64,000 nucleotides of DNA, taken from positions 183,245-247,244 of the forward strand of contig JAAXKN010000003.1 of NCBI GenBank assembly GCA_025612375.1, written 5' to 3'. The DNA is from Ignavibacteria bacterium. GTDB lineage: Bacteria > Bacteroidota > Ignavibacteria > Ignavibacteriales > SURF-24. The position numbers and the translations under genes are program-made. The notes below the pieces were generated by a model. That model did no database searches, had not been told where the DNA came from, and worked only from the letters and a program-made list of their open reading frames with translations. This document shows, in pieces, positions 40,012 through 49,053 of the stretch (position 1 is the first letter of the stretch; every line of letters begins with the position of its first letter).

Positions 40012-40765
40012 TCTCCCAATTTTTCATTTTCTCGAAAGTTGTATAGTCAGTCAGATCGAAATGAATCGGTGTAACTGAAACGTATTTATTTCTAACTGCC
40101 GCCTGATCGGTATCCAGGTCCTGGTCCACTTCAATCAGGTCCCCTTTGAGCCAGTAGTAATTTCTTCCGTACGGGTCTTTTCTTTCCTCATAAAGGTCGT
40201 CCCACTTGCTTTTCCCCTGCTTTGTAAGTAGTATCCCCTGGATCTCCTCCTGTGGCACGTCGGGCACGTTTACATTTAAGAGTGTGCCTTTGGGAAGGTC
40301 GTTCTCACGGCTTAAGACAAGCTTTGCCATGATCTGGGCAATTTTGCCAGCGAAGTCAAAATTTTGAACTTTAGTGCTCGTAAGCGACATGGCTACCGAA
40401 GGCACGTCCATTATGGCCGCTTCACGGGCAGCTGAAACGGTGCCCGAGTAAATAATATTTATGGCAGTATTAGAACCGTGGTTAATGCCCGAGAAAACAA
40501 GGTCGGGCGGGGTTTTCATTATGTTTCTGATGCCGATCTTAACGCAGTCTGCCGGCGTACCGTCAACAGCGTAGCCGAAAAAATCACCGTTCTTGAAATA
40601 TTGTGATATTCTTAATGGGACCTGCATTGTAATTGAATGCCCTGCGGCGCTCTGTTCTTTGTGAGGCGCAACAACCGTCACCTCTGCAATTTCACTGAGG
40701 TATTTTGCCAGAACCTGAATTCCGATGGAATCTATACCGTCATCATTACTAACAAGAATTCGCAA
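39980..40765 (-). CDS. surE: 5'/3'-nucleotidase SurE
   Basis: 261 aa starting MRILVSNDDGIDSIGI, with GINHGSN and YSGTVSAAREA. Confidence 0.9.
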   Translation of the reverse strand: MRILVSNDDGIDSIGIQVLAKYLSEIAEVTVVAPHKEQSAAGHSITMQVPLRISQYFKNGDFFGYAVDGTPADCVKIGIRNIMKTPPDLVFSGINHGSNTAINIIYSGTVSAAREAAIMDVPSVAMSLTSTKVQNFDFAGKIAQIMAKLVLSRENDLPKGTLLNVNVPDVPQEEIQGILLTKQGKSKWDDLYEERKDPYGRNYYWLKGDLIEVDQDLDTDQAAVRNKYVSVTPIHFDLTDYTTFEKMKNWEIEKLFYETNL

Positions 40766-40976
40766 ATGTATTCTCCAGAATTTTATTCACTAAAATATAG
40801 TAATTAAAGCCTATATACTCAAATTTAGATGTAACCCTCATGAATAAATAAGCTTAAAAATGCGCCTGACAATTTTAACCGGCCTTGTGGAATCTCTAAG
40901 GCTGAATTCTTATTTTAGGCCACGTCCATAATGAGATCAATCATTTTCATAAACAATATTTCACGGGGAAGTCAAA

Positions 40977-42200
40977 ATGAAATTCCTTCTCAAAACGTTC
41001 ATTTTATCAGCTTTACTTACCTGCTTATTAAACGCCCAAAGCGGGAAGTTTGTTTCAATTAAAGGCAAGAATTATCTGGATCCTGAGGGCAAGCCTCTTT
41101 TCCTTAAAGGGATCAATCTTGGGAACTGGCTTGTTCCTGAAGGCTATATGTTCAAGTTCAAAAGCGCCACCTCCCCGATGATGATACAGGAAGTGATCTC
41201 GCAGCTTCTGGGCCCGGAGGATGCAAAAAAATTCTGGACGAAATACCAGGATAATTACATTACGCGCAAGGATATTGAATTTATTAAAAACTCGGGACTT
41301 AATTCCATCCGATTGCCATTTGACTACAGAGTCCTTTTAGAAAGTGAAAATCCGCTCGTGTTTAACAAGCGTGGATTTGAGCTTTTGGACAGGGTTATCT
41401 CATGGTGCAGGGAGCTTAATGTCTATGTCATTCTGGATATGCACTGCGCTCCCGGAGGACAGACCGGGGACAACATAGACAACAGCTTCGGCTATCCATG
41501 GCTTTTTGAATCTCCTGAAAGCCAGGAGCTTACGGTGCAGATTTGGCGGAAGATAGCTGAAAAGTACGCCGGCGAAGATATTGTTATAGGCTACGATTTC
41601 TTAAATGAACCGATTGCACATTATTTTGATGCTGAAAAGCTGAACCCGGGGCTTGAACCGCTTTACAAGAAAATTACTGAGGCGGTAAGGAAAGTGGACC
41701 AAAACCACATAATTTTCTTAGGAGGCGCACAGTGGGACTCAAACTTCAAGCCTTTCGGCCAGCCTTTCGACAAAAAGCTGGCTTATAACTTCCACAAGTA
41801 CTGGACTGACACGACACAGTCGGTAATCCAGGAATATGTGGACTTCAGCAATAAGTACAACGTTCCCCTCTGGATGAGTGAATCGGGAGAAAATAAGGAT
41901 GAGTGGATTATGAGCTTTAGAAGCCTCCTGGAGAAAAACAACATCAGCTGGGCTTTCTGGCCTTACAAGAAAATGGACGCCACGACGTGCATGGTTACAT
42001 TCAGCCGCCCGGAATTTTATGACACAGTAATTAAATTTGCAGAAAAGCCGAGGGCTTCATACGAGGAGCTGAGGAAGGAAAGACCGAACATTGAGGAGGT
42101 GCGTAAGGCACTTGAAGGTTTCCTTAATAGCTGCAGGTTTGAAAACTGCACAAAAAACTATGGCTACCTGAAGGCGCTCGGCTTAAAGGAAGCCTTGTAA
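40977..42200 (+). CDS. Glycoside hydrolase family 5 protein (secreted)
   Basis: 407 aa with a signal peptide, acid/base motif YDFLNEP and nucleophile motif LWMSESGE. The GINLGNWL and NSIRLPF segments are typical of GH5. Confidence 0.8.
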   Translation: MKFLLKTFILSALLTCLLNAQSGKFVSIKGKNYLDPEGKPLFLKGINLGNWLVPEGYMFKFKSATSPMMIQEVISQLLGPEDAKKFWTKYQDNYITRKDIEFIKNSGLNSIRLPFDYRVLLESENPLVFNKRGFELLDRVISWCRELNVYVILDMHCAPGGQTGDNIDNSFGYPWLFESPESQELTVQIWRKIAEKYAGEDIVIGYDFLNEPIAHYFDAEKLNPGLEPLYKKITEAVRKVDQNHIIFLGGAQWDSNFKPFGQPFDKKLAYNFHKYWTDTTQSVIQEYVDFSNKYNVPLWMSESGENKDEWIMSFRSLLEKNNISWAFWPYKKMDATTCMVTFSRPEFYDTVIKFAEKPRASYEELRKERPNIEEVRKALEGFLNSCRFENCTKNYGYLKALGLKEAL

Positions 42201-42290
42201 AACTTAAGGCCTCACTGGGGTTTTGAACGTAAAGACACGTTTTGGGGTTATATATTAATACTAATAATTAAATACAGGTTTATACTTAAA

Positions 42291-43055
42291 ATGACAGACC
42301 AAAAATTTGCGGAATTTGTACAAATTGTCCATAGACTTAGAAAAGAATGCCCCTGGGACATGGAGCAGACGCACGATTCAATCAAGGAAAATACGCTTGA
42401 AGAAGCCTACGAGGTAGTTGAATCGATAGACCACAAAGATTACAGTGAGCTTAAGATTGAACTTGGCGACCTGCTTCTGCACGTTGTATTCCATTCAGTT
42501 ATAGCAGAAGAAAACAAGACTTTTTCGCTTGAGGAGGTAGTTCAGGGGATAACCGACAAGCTCATAAGGCGTCACCCGCACGTCTTCGGGGAGACTGAAG
42601 TCAACGGCTCCAACGACGTAACGCGTAACTGGGAGAAAATAAAACTTTCCGAAGGCCGCGAATCGGTGCTTGAAGGTGTGCCTAAAATGCTCCCTTCACT
42701 CCAGAGGGCGCACCGCCTGCAGGAGAAAGCCTCCAAGGTCGGCTTCGACTGGCAGAACAAAGAGGACGTATGGAAAAAGGTAATAGAGGAAATTGAAGAG
42801 ATGCATGAAAGCGAGAAAAGCGGCGATAAAGACGAGCTTGAAAAAGAGATAGGAGACGTCTTCTTTTCTATGGTAAACTATTCAAGGTTCCTTGGGGTAA
42901 ATCCTGAAAATGCCTTAAGAAGGACGAATGAAAAGTTCATAAGCCGTTTTGATTACGTTCAGAAAAAGATCAGGGAAACAGGGCGCCAGATCTCCGATGC
43001 CAATTTAGAAGAGATGGATAAATACTGGGAAGAAAGTAAGAAAGAAAAGCGGTAG
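42291..43055 (+). CDS. mazG: Nucleoside triphosphate pyrophosphohydrolase MazG
   Basis: 254 aa with tandem MazG domains (LRKECPWDMEQTH...EEAYEVVESI and EIEEMHES...EIGDVFFSMVN). Confidence 0.9.
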   Translation: MTDQKFAEFVQIVHRLRKECPWDMEQTHDSIKENTLEEAYEVVESIDHKDYSELKIELGDLLLHVVFHSVIAEENKTFSLEEVVQGITDKLIRRHPHVFGETEVNGSNDVTRNWEKIKLSEGRESVLEGVPKMLPSLQRAHRLQEKASKVGFDWQNKEDVWKKVIEEIEEMHESEKSGDKDELEKEIGDVFFSMVNYSRFLGVNPENALRRTNEKFISRFDYVQKKIRETGRQISDANLEEMDKYWEESKKEKR

Positions 43056-43078
43056 CAAGTAAGTTAGGAGAAAGAGTC

Positions 43079-44065
43079 TTAAAAAGACTCTTTCTCTCCT
43101 CCTGCCTGGAATTTCTCGTAAGCGTTAATAATGTCTTTTACAAGTTTATGGCGCACGACGTCACCCTTATCAAAATAAACAAAACCAACGCCTTCCACGT
43201 CTTTAAGAATGTCCTGAATCTGCACAAGGCCGCTTACAGTTTTTGTAGGGAGGTCTATCTGCGTTATATCACCAGTTATTATGGCCTTGGAGTTAGGCCC
43301 AAGGCGCGTTAAGAACATCTTCATCTGCATGCTGGTGGAGTTCTGTGCCTCATCCAGAATAACAAAGGCATTGTTCAGTGTCCTTCCCCTCATATATGCC
43401 AGGGGAACGATTTCAATGACGCCTTTTTCAATGTAGCTTTTAAGCTTGTCCGAAGGCATCATGTTGTCCAGAGCGTCATATAAAGGCCTGAGGTAGGGAT
43501 CAATTTTCTCTCTGAAGTCACCAGGCAGAAAGCCCAGGCTTTCGCCTGCCTCAACAGCCGGGCGTGCAAGGACTATCTTGTTGACAAGCCCCTTTTTGAG
43601 GGCTGCAACGGCAAAGGCAACGGCCAGATAGGTTTTTCCCGTACCGGCAGGGCCTATTGCAAAACATATGTCCTGCTTTTTAACGGCCTGGAAGTACTTG
43701 ATCTGTGTCGGAGTCTTGGCCTTTACGACGTCGTTTTTAGAATAAAGAACGATCGTATCGTATTCTTTTTCACTGATAATTTCCTTGCCCTGGAGCGTCA
43801 GTTCCATAATTGTAGTTACATCCGAAGGGCGGAGGTTTCCAGTGGTATTAAGCACATAGATCATCTCCTTAAAGATCTTCTCAACAGCGTCAATTTCCTC
43901 CGGGACACCCTTAATATAAACATTTTCGCCGCGCACGGTAATGGAAGTATTAAACCTGTCTTCAATCGGTTTAATATTGTTGTCGTTCATACCGAGGAGT
44001 GAGAGCATGTCTACATTTTCAAGTGTAAGTATTTTTTCAATCTGAGTCATTTCCTTTTCTTCCAA
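43079..44065 (-). CDS. phoH: PhoH family ATPase
   Basis: 328 aa with Walker A GPAGTGKTYLAVA, the ILDEAQN Walker B-like motif and ITGDITQIDLP. Confidence 0.9.
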   Translation of the reverse strand: MEEKEMTQIEKILTLENVDMLSLLGMNDNNIKPIEDRFNTSITVRGENVYIKGVPEEIDAVEKIFKEMIYVLNTTGNLRPSDVTTIMELTLQGKEIISEKEYDTIVLYSKNDVVKAKTPTQIKYFQAVKKQDICFAIGPAGTGKTYLAVAFAVAALKKGLVNKIVLARPAVEAGESLGFLPGDFREKIDPYLRPLYDALDNMMPSDKLKSYIEKGVIEIVPLAYMRGRTLNNAFVILDEAQNSTSMQMKMFLTRLGPNSKAIITGDITQIDLPTKTVSGLVQIQDILKDVEGVGFVYFDKGDVVRHKLVKDIINAYEKFQAGGEKESF

Positions 44066-44080
44066 TCCAAGTCTTTAAAT

Positions 44081-44115
44081 ATAAAAAGCCCTCTTCATCG
44101 CAAAATGAAAAGGGC
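44081..44115 (-). terminator. Intrinsic terminator after the LysM gene
   Basis: Stem gccctcttcat (44088-44098) / atgaaaagggc (44105-44115) with one mismatch and a 6-nt loop. On the minus strand it is followed by TTTTTAT. Confidence 0.55.
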
Positions 44116-44149
44116 TAAACCTTTGTACAAAGTTAAACATTAAGATTTA

Positions 44150-44854
44150 TTACTTTGTAGTCTGATCCTTTGTGGTCTGCTGCGGAGGAGCAGGTTTATA
44201 ATTTCTCCTCATCTTTTCATACTGAGCTTTTTCATCTTCAGTCAGATTCGGGATCTTGAATACCTGTTTTGGATAAATGAGGTCAGGATTCTTGATCTGG
44301 TCTCTGTTTGCCTGATAGATTTTCGGCCATGCGAAAGCATTACTATAAACATCTTTTTTCTTTGCAATGTTCCACAGGCAATCGCCTCTTACAACAGTGT
44401 AGTTCTTTTCAGCCGGAATGTCATTCCATGCATCGAGAGAACGCTGCATCTGGTTGTGAACCTTGTCAAAAAATTCAGGTAAAGCGCTGATTCTCATAGC
44501 TTTTAAGGAATCGAGTTCTCTCTGCCTGTCAGTCTTAGGGCTTTCTTTTCTCATGATTCTGCCGTTTAATTCGCTGACGGCTCTTCTAAAATTCTCGACG
44601 TCACCTCTGGTTGCGCCAACTGAGGCATAAAGTTCATTCATACAGTCGTCAAAGCTCTGAACGCTTGTAGATTTAAGTCTGTTGACTTCACCCTGGAGTG
44701 AGTCGCGTTCTTTTGTAAGTGACTGTTTCTGTTCATTAAGACGGTTCATTTCATTTTCCCAGTCTTCCTTCTTCATTTTTTCCTGAGCAAAAGCACTTGA
44801 AGCAAGGAATACCAAAAGGGCAAAAACACCCAGGAACAAGTTAAATTTTTTCAT
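44150..44854 (-). CDS. Secreted coiled-coil protein with C-terminal LysM peptidoglycan-binding domain
   Basis: I place the start at ATG 44854 (MKKFNLFLGVFALLVFLASSAFAQ) because GGAGGA lies 6 nt upstream. The protein has a coiled-coil N-terminal half and the LysM motif YTVVRGDCLWNIAKK...IYPKQVFKIP. Confidence 0.7.
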   Translation of the reverse strand: MKKFNLFLGVFALLVFLASSAFAQEKMKKEDWENEMNRLNEQKQSLTKERDSLQGEVNRLKSTSVQSFDDCMNELYASVGATRGDVENFRRAVSELNGRIMRKESPKTDRQRELDSLKAMRISALPEFFDKVHNQMQRSLDAWNDIPAEKNYTVVRGDCLWNIAKKKDVYSNAFAWPKIYQANRDQIKNPDLIYPKQVFKIPNLTEDEKAQYEKMRRNYKPAPPQQTTKDQTTK

Positions 44855-44885
44855 ATATTTTCCTCCGATAAAATTCATTATTTAA

Positions 44886-45152
44886 TTACTTGGGTAATTT
44901 TTCCAAGTTACTCTTGGTTTCTTCTTTGTCCCTTGCACACTGCTCTAATTTGGCGTTCTTTTCGCCAATTTCTCTTTCGAGTCTTGTCCTTTCACTTCTG
45001 AGTGATGTAACATCAGAGTTCAGTGTGTTAACTTCCTGCCTCAATGACTCAAGCTGTGCCATTTCTTCATCACTTACACCACTGCATCCCGCAAATCCAA
45101 TCATCCCGGCGGTCAGCAGCATAGTCACAACGAGACCTTTAGATTTGGTCAT
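44886..45152 (-). CDS. Small coiled-coil lipoprotein ending in Lys (Braun lipoprotein-like architecture)
   Basis: 88 aa with a GGAGGA SD box, a signal peptide with lipobox FAG-C (Cys23), a helical heptad-like mature part, and the C-terminus ...LEKLPK. Confidence 0.55.
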   Translation of the reverse strand: MTKSKGLVVTMLLTAGMIGFAGCSGVSDEEMAQLESLRQEVNTLNSDVTSLRSERTRLEREIGEKNAKLEQCARDKEETKSNLEKLPK

Positions 45153-45281
45153 ATGCTTCCTCCTAATATTTTGATTTTTAAAAAAAAGTCCGAAAGAACT
45201 AATAATATATTATCAAAAATGGTTGTTTATGTCAAGTATATTTTAACTTTTAATTTTTCAATTATTTGAATTAAAATTTGT

Positions 45282-45962
45282 TTATATTAGCCTTTCCTCA
45301 GTGAAGCTGAGATAAGAATTGCCCGCCAGTATGATATGGTCAAAAACGTGTATATCCATCAGTTTTCCAGCCTCAACAAGGCGCTTTGTAATCGAAATAT
45401 CCTCATTGCTAGGTTCAGCGTTGCCGCTCGGGTGGTTGTGCATTAATATAATGTTAGCAGAATTGTTCTCAATTGCAACTTTAAATACCTCTCTGGGGTG
45501 CACGATGCTGGAGTTTAGGTTTCCGACTGATATTACCTCTTCTTTTATGATCTTATTCGAGGAATTCAGGCACAAAACCATAAAGCGTTCCTTCAGTTCA
45601 TCGCGCAGAATGGGGATAAATATGTCGGCTACGTCCTTTGGACCTGTAATTTTCCTGTTGCGTGAGAGTTTACTTTGTGAAGCTATGCGGCGGCTCACCT
45701 CGAAAACGGCCACAAGCGTGGCTGCTTTATCCTGGCCTATACCGTGCCCGTTTTTAAGGGCGGCTACGGAAAGCGACGCCAGGACGGCCAGGCTGGCATA
45801 CTTGCTTATGAGTTCCTGGGCCAGTTCGATTACCGACTTACCCCTTGTGCCCACACGGAGGAGTATTGCAAGAAGTTCCGTATCGCTCAGGCTCTGAGGG
45901 CCGCGCAGAATGAGCTTTTCCCGCGGCCTGTCATCCAAGGGCAGATCCTTTACTTTCAGCAT
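45282..45962 (-). CDS. radC: RadC-family JAB/MPN domain protein
   Basis: 226 aa with an N-terminal HhH-like region (LSDTELLAILLRVG) and the JAMM motif HNHPSGNAEPSNED. Confidence 0.85.
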   Translation of the reverse strand: MLKVKDLPLDDRPREKLILRGPQSLSDTELLAILLRVGTRGKSVIELAQELISKYASLAVLASLSVAALKNGHGIGQDKAATLVAVFEVSRRIASQSKLSRNRKITGPKDVADIFIPILRDELKERFMVLCLNSSNKIIKEEVISVGNLNSSIVHPREVFKVAIENNSANIILMHNHPSGNAEPSNEDISITKRLVEAGKLMDIHVFDHIILAGNSYLSFTEERLI

Positions 45963-46066
45963 ACCGGAGGTCCTTTTATTTATAAAGGAAAAGTATTCAG
46001 GTGCTAAAAAGAATATCTAAGCAATTTCTAAAAAATTTTTGTGTCCTGTTTCAGCCCCCCCGGGAC

Positions 46067-46933
46067 TCAGGTTTTGCACTTTTTCTTGCCGTCCAGAGCC
46101 ACCTGGTTATTGGGATCGAGGTTAAGGGCCATTTCAAAATAGCTCCCGGCATCTTTTACCTTCTGCGTATTCAGGCAGGCAAGCCCCAAAAACGTGTAGG
46201 CCTCACTGCTGGCATCGGCATTTGAAACATACTCTGAGAGGTGTTTTTCGGCCGATGGATAATCCCCCAGCTGCAGGTACGCCTTTCCTGCCCACTCATG
46301 AAGAGAGATTTCCTTGTTATTTAGCTTCAGGGCCTTTTCAATTGAGGTAACGGCATGGAAATGCATCCCTTTTGAATAGAATATAATGCCGTAGAGGAGG
46401 TGCACTTCCCAGCTGTTGCTGAAAAGCTCTTCGGCATTTTTTACATACTTCAGGGCCTCGTCAAAATTCCCGAGCTCAATTTCAATTTTCGCCATGTATA
46501 TGTAAGCTTCAAAATGAAATTCAGTGCTGGTGCTCTTCTCCAGGTAGTTAAGGAAATTAATCCTGGCTATTTCAAATTCCTTTAGCATAAAATTCGAGTA
46601 ACCGAGGAAAAAGAAATGTATCGGATGCTCATCGGGATTAAAAATAGAAAGAGCGTCAATTGCCTCATCCCACATTGAATATTTGATCAGCATCTGCCCC
46701 AGGTAGAGCCTGATCTCGCTGTCGTCTGAAACCTCAGTTATATAATGCCTCAGGAGTTTAACCGAGGCATTAAAATTTCTCATCTTGTCGTACAGGCTGG
46801 CCAGTTTTATATAAGATAAAGTATGCTCAGGGGCCTCGGCAATTATTTCAGTATAAATCTGAATTGCATGCAGGTACTTTCCCTGAGCCTCATAGTCGGA
46901 AGCTTTCTTTAATTTATATTCCAAGTGTAACAC
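46067..46933 (-). CDS. Tetratricopeptide repeat protein
   Basis: 288 aa with repeated TPR-like units (A..Y..A....P......LG..Y pattern) throughout. Confidence 0.7.
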   Translation of the reverse strand: MLHLEYKLKKASDYEAQGKYLHAIQIYTEIIAEAPEHTLSYIKLASLYDKMRNFNASVKLLRHYITEVSDDSEIRLYLGQMLIKYSMWDEAIDALSIFNPDEHPIHFFFLGYSNFMLKEFEIARINFLNYLEKSTSTEFHFEAYIYMAKIEIELGNFDEALKYVKNAEELFSNSWEVHLLYGIIFYSKGMHFHAVTSIEKALKLNNKEISLHEWAGKAYLQLGDYPSAEKHLSEYVSNADASSEAYTFLGLACLNTQKVKDAGSYFEMALNLDPNNQVALDGKKKCKT

Positions 46934-46936
46934 TCT

Positions 46937-48478
46937 TTATTCCCACTCAATTGTTGAAGGCGGCTTCGAACTGATGTCGTAGACGACCCTGTTTATGCCG
47001 CGTACGTTCCTTATGATCTTATTTGAGGCAATGCCAAGGAATTCAGATTCAAATGGGTACCAGTCTGCCGTCATTCCGTCGGTGGAAGTTACAGCTCTAA
47101 GAGCAACTACGTTTTCGTATGTACGGGCGTCGCCCATGACTCCAACTGTCTGCACGGGGAGCAGGACTGCAAATGCCTGCCAGATCTTGTTATATAAACC
47201 GGCCTTTTTAATTTCACTAATAAAAATATCGTCAGCTTCCCTTAAAATAGCAAGCTTTTCTTCTGTTATGTCGCCCAGTATCCTGACGGCGAGGCCCGGC
47301 CCCGGGAAGGGGTGACGTTCAATGAAGCTCTCAGGGAGCCCCAGCTCGCGCCCAATTTGCCTAACCTCATCCTTAAAGAGCTTGCGGAAAGGTTCAATGA
47401 GCTTCAGGTTCATTTTCTCGGGCAGTCCTCCCACGTTGTGATGAGTCTTGATCGTTACGGAAGAACCGACTACGGCAACGGACTCAATTACATCAGGGTA
47501 CAATGTGCCCTGCACGAGGAATCCTGCATCCTGGAACTTTTTAGCTTCCTGCTCAAAAATTTCTATAAAAGTGTTGCCGATGATTTTTCTTTTCTTCTCG
47601 GGGTCAGTTACGCCCTTAAGCCTTTCGAGGAAAATTTCCGAGGCATCGACGTGAATGAGCTTAAGCTGGTAGTTATTCTGAAACATCTCTACAATCAGGC
47701 GGCTTTCATCTTTACGCATGAGGCCCGTATCGACGTGTATGCATATGAGGTTTTCACCCAGCGCCCTGCTGACCAGGATTGCGGCAACAGATGAGTCCAC
47801 TCCTCCGCTTAAGGCGCATATGGCTTTTTTCTGTCCCACGAGGTTTTTAATCTCGTTAATGCTCGATTCAATAAAATGTTTTGGGGTCCATTCACCCTTA
47901 AGTCCGCAGATTTTGAAAAGGAAATTGTCCAGTATCTTTTTGCCCTCGGTGGAATGGGCAACCTCGGGGTGGAACTGCACGCCGTATATATTTTTCTTCT
48001 CATCGGATATAGCGCATATGGGGGAGTCTTCAGAGGTGGCCGTAACCTTAAAATCCTCAGGCAGGCCTGTCAGATAATCCCCATGGCTCATCCAGACAAC
48101 AGAGTTGTCACTGACACCTTCAAAGAGTTTGCTTTCAGAGGAAAGCTTCAGCCTTGCTTTCCCATATTCCCTGCTTACGGCAGGTTCAACCTTGCCGCCA
48201 AGCGTTTTGCCCAGTAGCTGAAGGCCGTAGCAGATGCCTAAGACCGGGATACCCCAGTTAAATATTTCCCCGTCTAAATAAGGGGCATTATTGTCGTAAA
48301 CGCTTAAGGGGCCTCCTGAAAGGATAATCCCTTTTGGATTTAGCTCTTTTATTTTTTCCAGACTTAAGCTATAAGGATGTATTTCCGAATACACTCCGCT
48401 TTCGCGGATGCGCCTTGCAATAAGCTGTGTATACTGGCTTCCGAAATCGAGTATGAGTATTAGTTCTTCTTCTTTCAT
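46937..48478 (-). CDS. guaA: Glutamine-hydrolysing GMP synthase
   Basis: 513 aa with GATase motifs (GICYG, FHPE), the PP-loop SGGVDSS and the C-terminal end ...PPSTIEWE. Confidence 0.95.
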   Translation of the reverse strand: MKEEELILILDFGSQYTQLIARRIRESGVYSEIHPYSLSLEKIKELNPKGIILSGGPLSVYDNNAPYLDGEIFNWGIPVLGICYGLQLLGKTLGGKVEPAVSREYGKARLKLSSESKLFEGVSDNSVVWMSHGDYLTGLPEDFKVTATSEDSPICAISDEKKNIYGVQFHPEVAHSTEGKKILDNFLFKICGLKGEWTPKHFIESSINEIKNLVGQKKAICALSGGVDSSVAAILVSRALGENLICIHVDTGLMRKDESRLIVEMFQNNYQLKLIHVDASEIFLERLKGVTDPEKKRKIIGNTFIEIFEQEAKKFQDAGFLVQGTLYPDVIESVAVVGSSVTIKTHHNVGGLPEKMNLKLIEPFRKLFKDEVRQIGRELGLPESFIERHPFPGPGLAVRILGDITEEKLAILREADDIFISEIKKAGLYNKIWQAFAVLLPVQTVGVMGDARTYENVVALRAVTSTDGMTADWYPFESEFLGIASNKIIRNVRGINRVVYDISSKPPSTIEWE

Positions 48479-48527
48479 TCTTTAGAATTTCTTTAATTGG
48501 CAATCTATATTTAATTTCTTTACAATA

Positions 48528-48563
48528 AAGCCCATAGGGCTTCAAACTAAGCCCGCGGGGCTT
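48528..48563. promoter_or_regulatory. Two copies of the palindrome AAGCCC-N3-GGGCTT spaced 21 bp apart, upstream of guaA
   Basis: AAGCCCATAGGGCTT (48528-48542) and AAGCCCGCGGGGCTT (48549-48563) have identical 6-bp arms. They lie 50-85 nt upstream of the guaA ATG (48478) and downstream of the weak gcvH terminator. Confidence 0.35.
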
Positions 48564-48580
48564 TAGAAAATCCCTACCAT

Positions 48581-48610
48581 TTAAAATAATAAAAACAAAA
48601 CCCGTTTGTT
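48581..48610 (-). terminator. Weak A/U-rich terminator after gcvH
   Basis: Stem aacaaa (48594-48599) / tttgtt (48605-48610). On the minus strand it is followed by TTTATTATTTT. It lies about 43 nt after the gcvH stop. Confidence 0.35.
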
Positions 48611-48652
48611 AGACAGATTTTGTTTTTAATGTCTGCATCATCTATGTAATTC

Positions 48653-49039
48653 TTAGTGAGCCTGTCCAATAAGCTGCTTGTAATCTTCGGCGCTTAAAAG
48701 GTCATTTAAGTCTGCATTATCTGAGATCTCGATCTTTATCATCCAGCCCTCTCCGTAGGGATCTGAATTAACGACCTGCGGCTCATCAGCAAGTTTCTTA
48801 TTGAGCTCGACAACTTTGCCCGAGCAGGGAGCATACATATCGCTTACAGTTTTAACTGCTTCAATTGTACCAAAAGATTCTCCCTTTGTTACTTCCTGTA
48901 TACCGGGGTCAACGTCAACAAATACAACATCGCCCAATTCCCCCTGAGCGTAATCTGTAATTCCTACAGTTCCCACATTACCTTCTACAGATATCCATTC
49001 ATGGTCTTTTGTGTACTTTAAGTTTTCCGGAACGTTCAT
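48653..49039 (-). CDS. gcvH: Glycine cleavage system protein H
   Basis: 128 aa with YTKDHEWI and the lipoyl-lysine motif GTIEAVKTVSD. Confidence 0.9.
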   Translation of the reverse strand: MNVPENLKYTKDHEWISVEGNVGTVGITDYAQGELGDVVFVDVDPGIQEVTKGESFGTIEAVKTVSDMYAPCSGKVVELNKKLADEPQVVNSDPYGEGWMIKIEISDNADLNDLLSAEDYKQLIGQAH

Positions 49040-49053
49040 ATTAACCTCTAAAA

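Noticed and set aside
45319-45897. 192-aa ORF antisense to radC.
   Set aside because: It is Ser/Arg/Leu-rich low-complexity sequence typical of antisense frames. The sense strand encodes a complete RadC with the JAMM motif HNHPSG.
46995-48217. A series of 100-160-aa plus-strand ORFs inside guaA (for example 47312-47794 and 47718-48077).
   Set aside because: All are antisense to a full-length, motif-complete GMP synthase, have no recognisable motifs, and overlap one another in different frames.
48479-48652. Possible purine riboswitch upstream of guaA.
   Set aside because: I could not find the conserved three-way-junction sequences (the UAUAAU...CUACC...GACUAUG pattern). The only structures are two short palindromes (reported separately) and a weak terminator.
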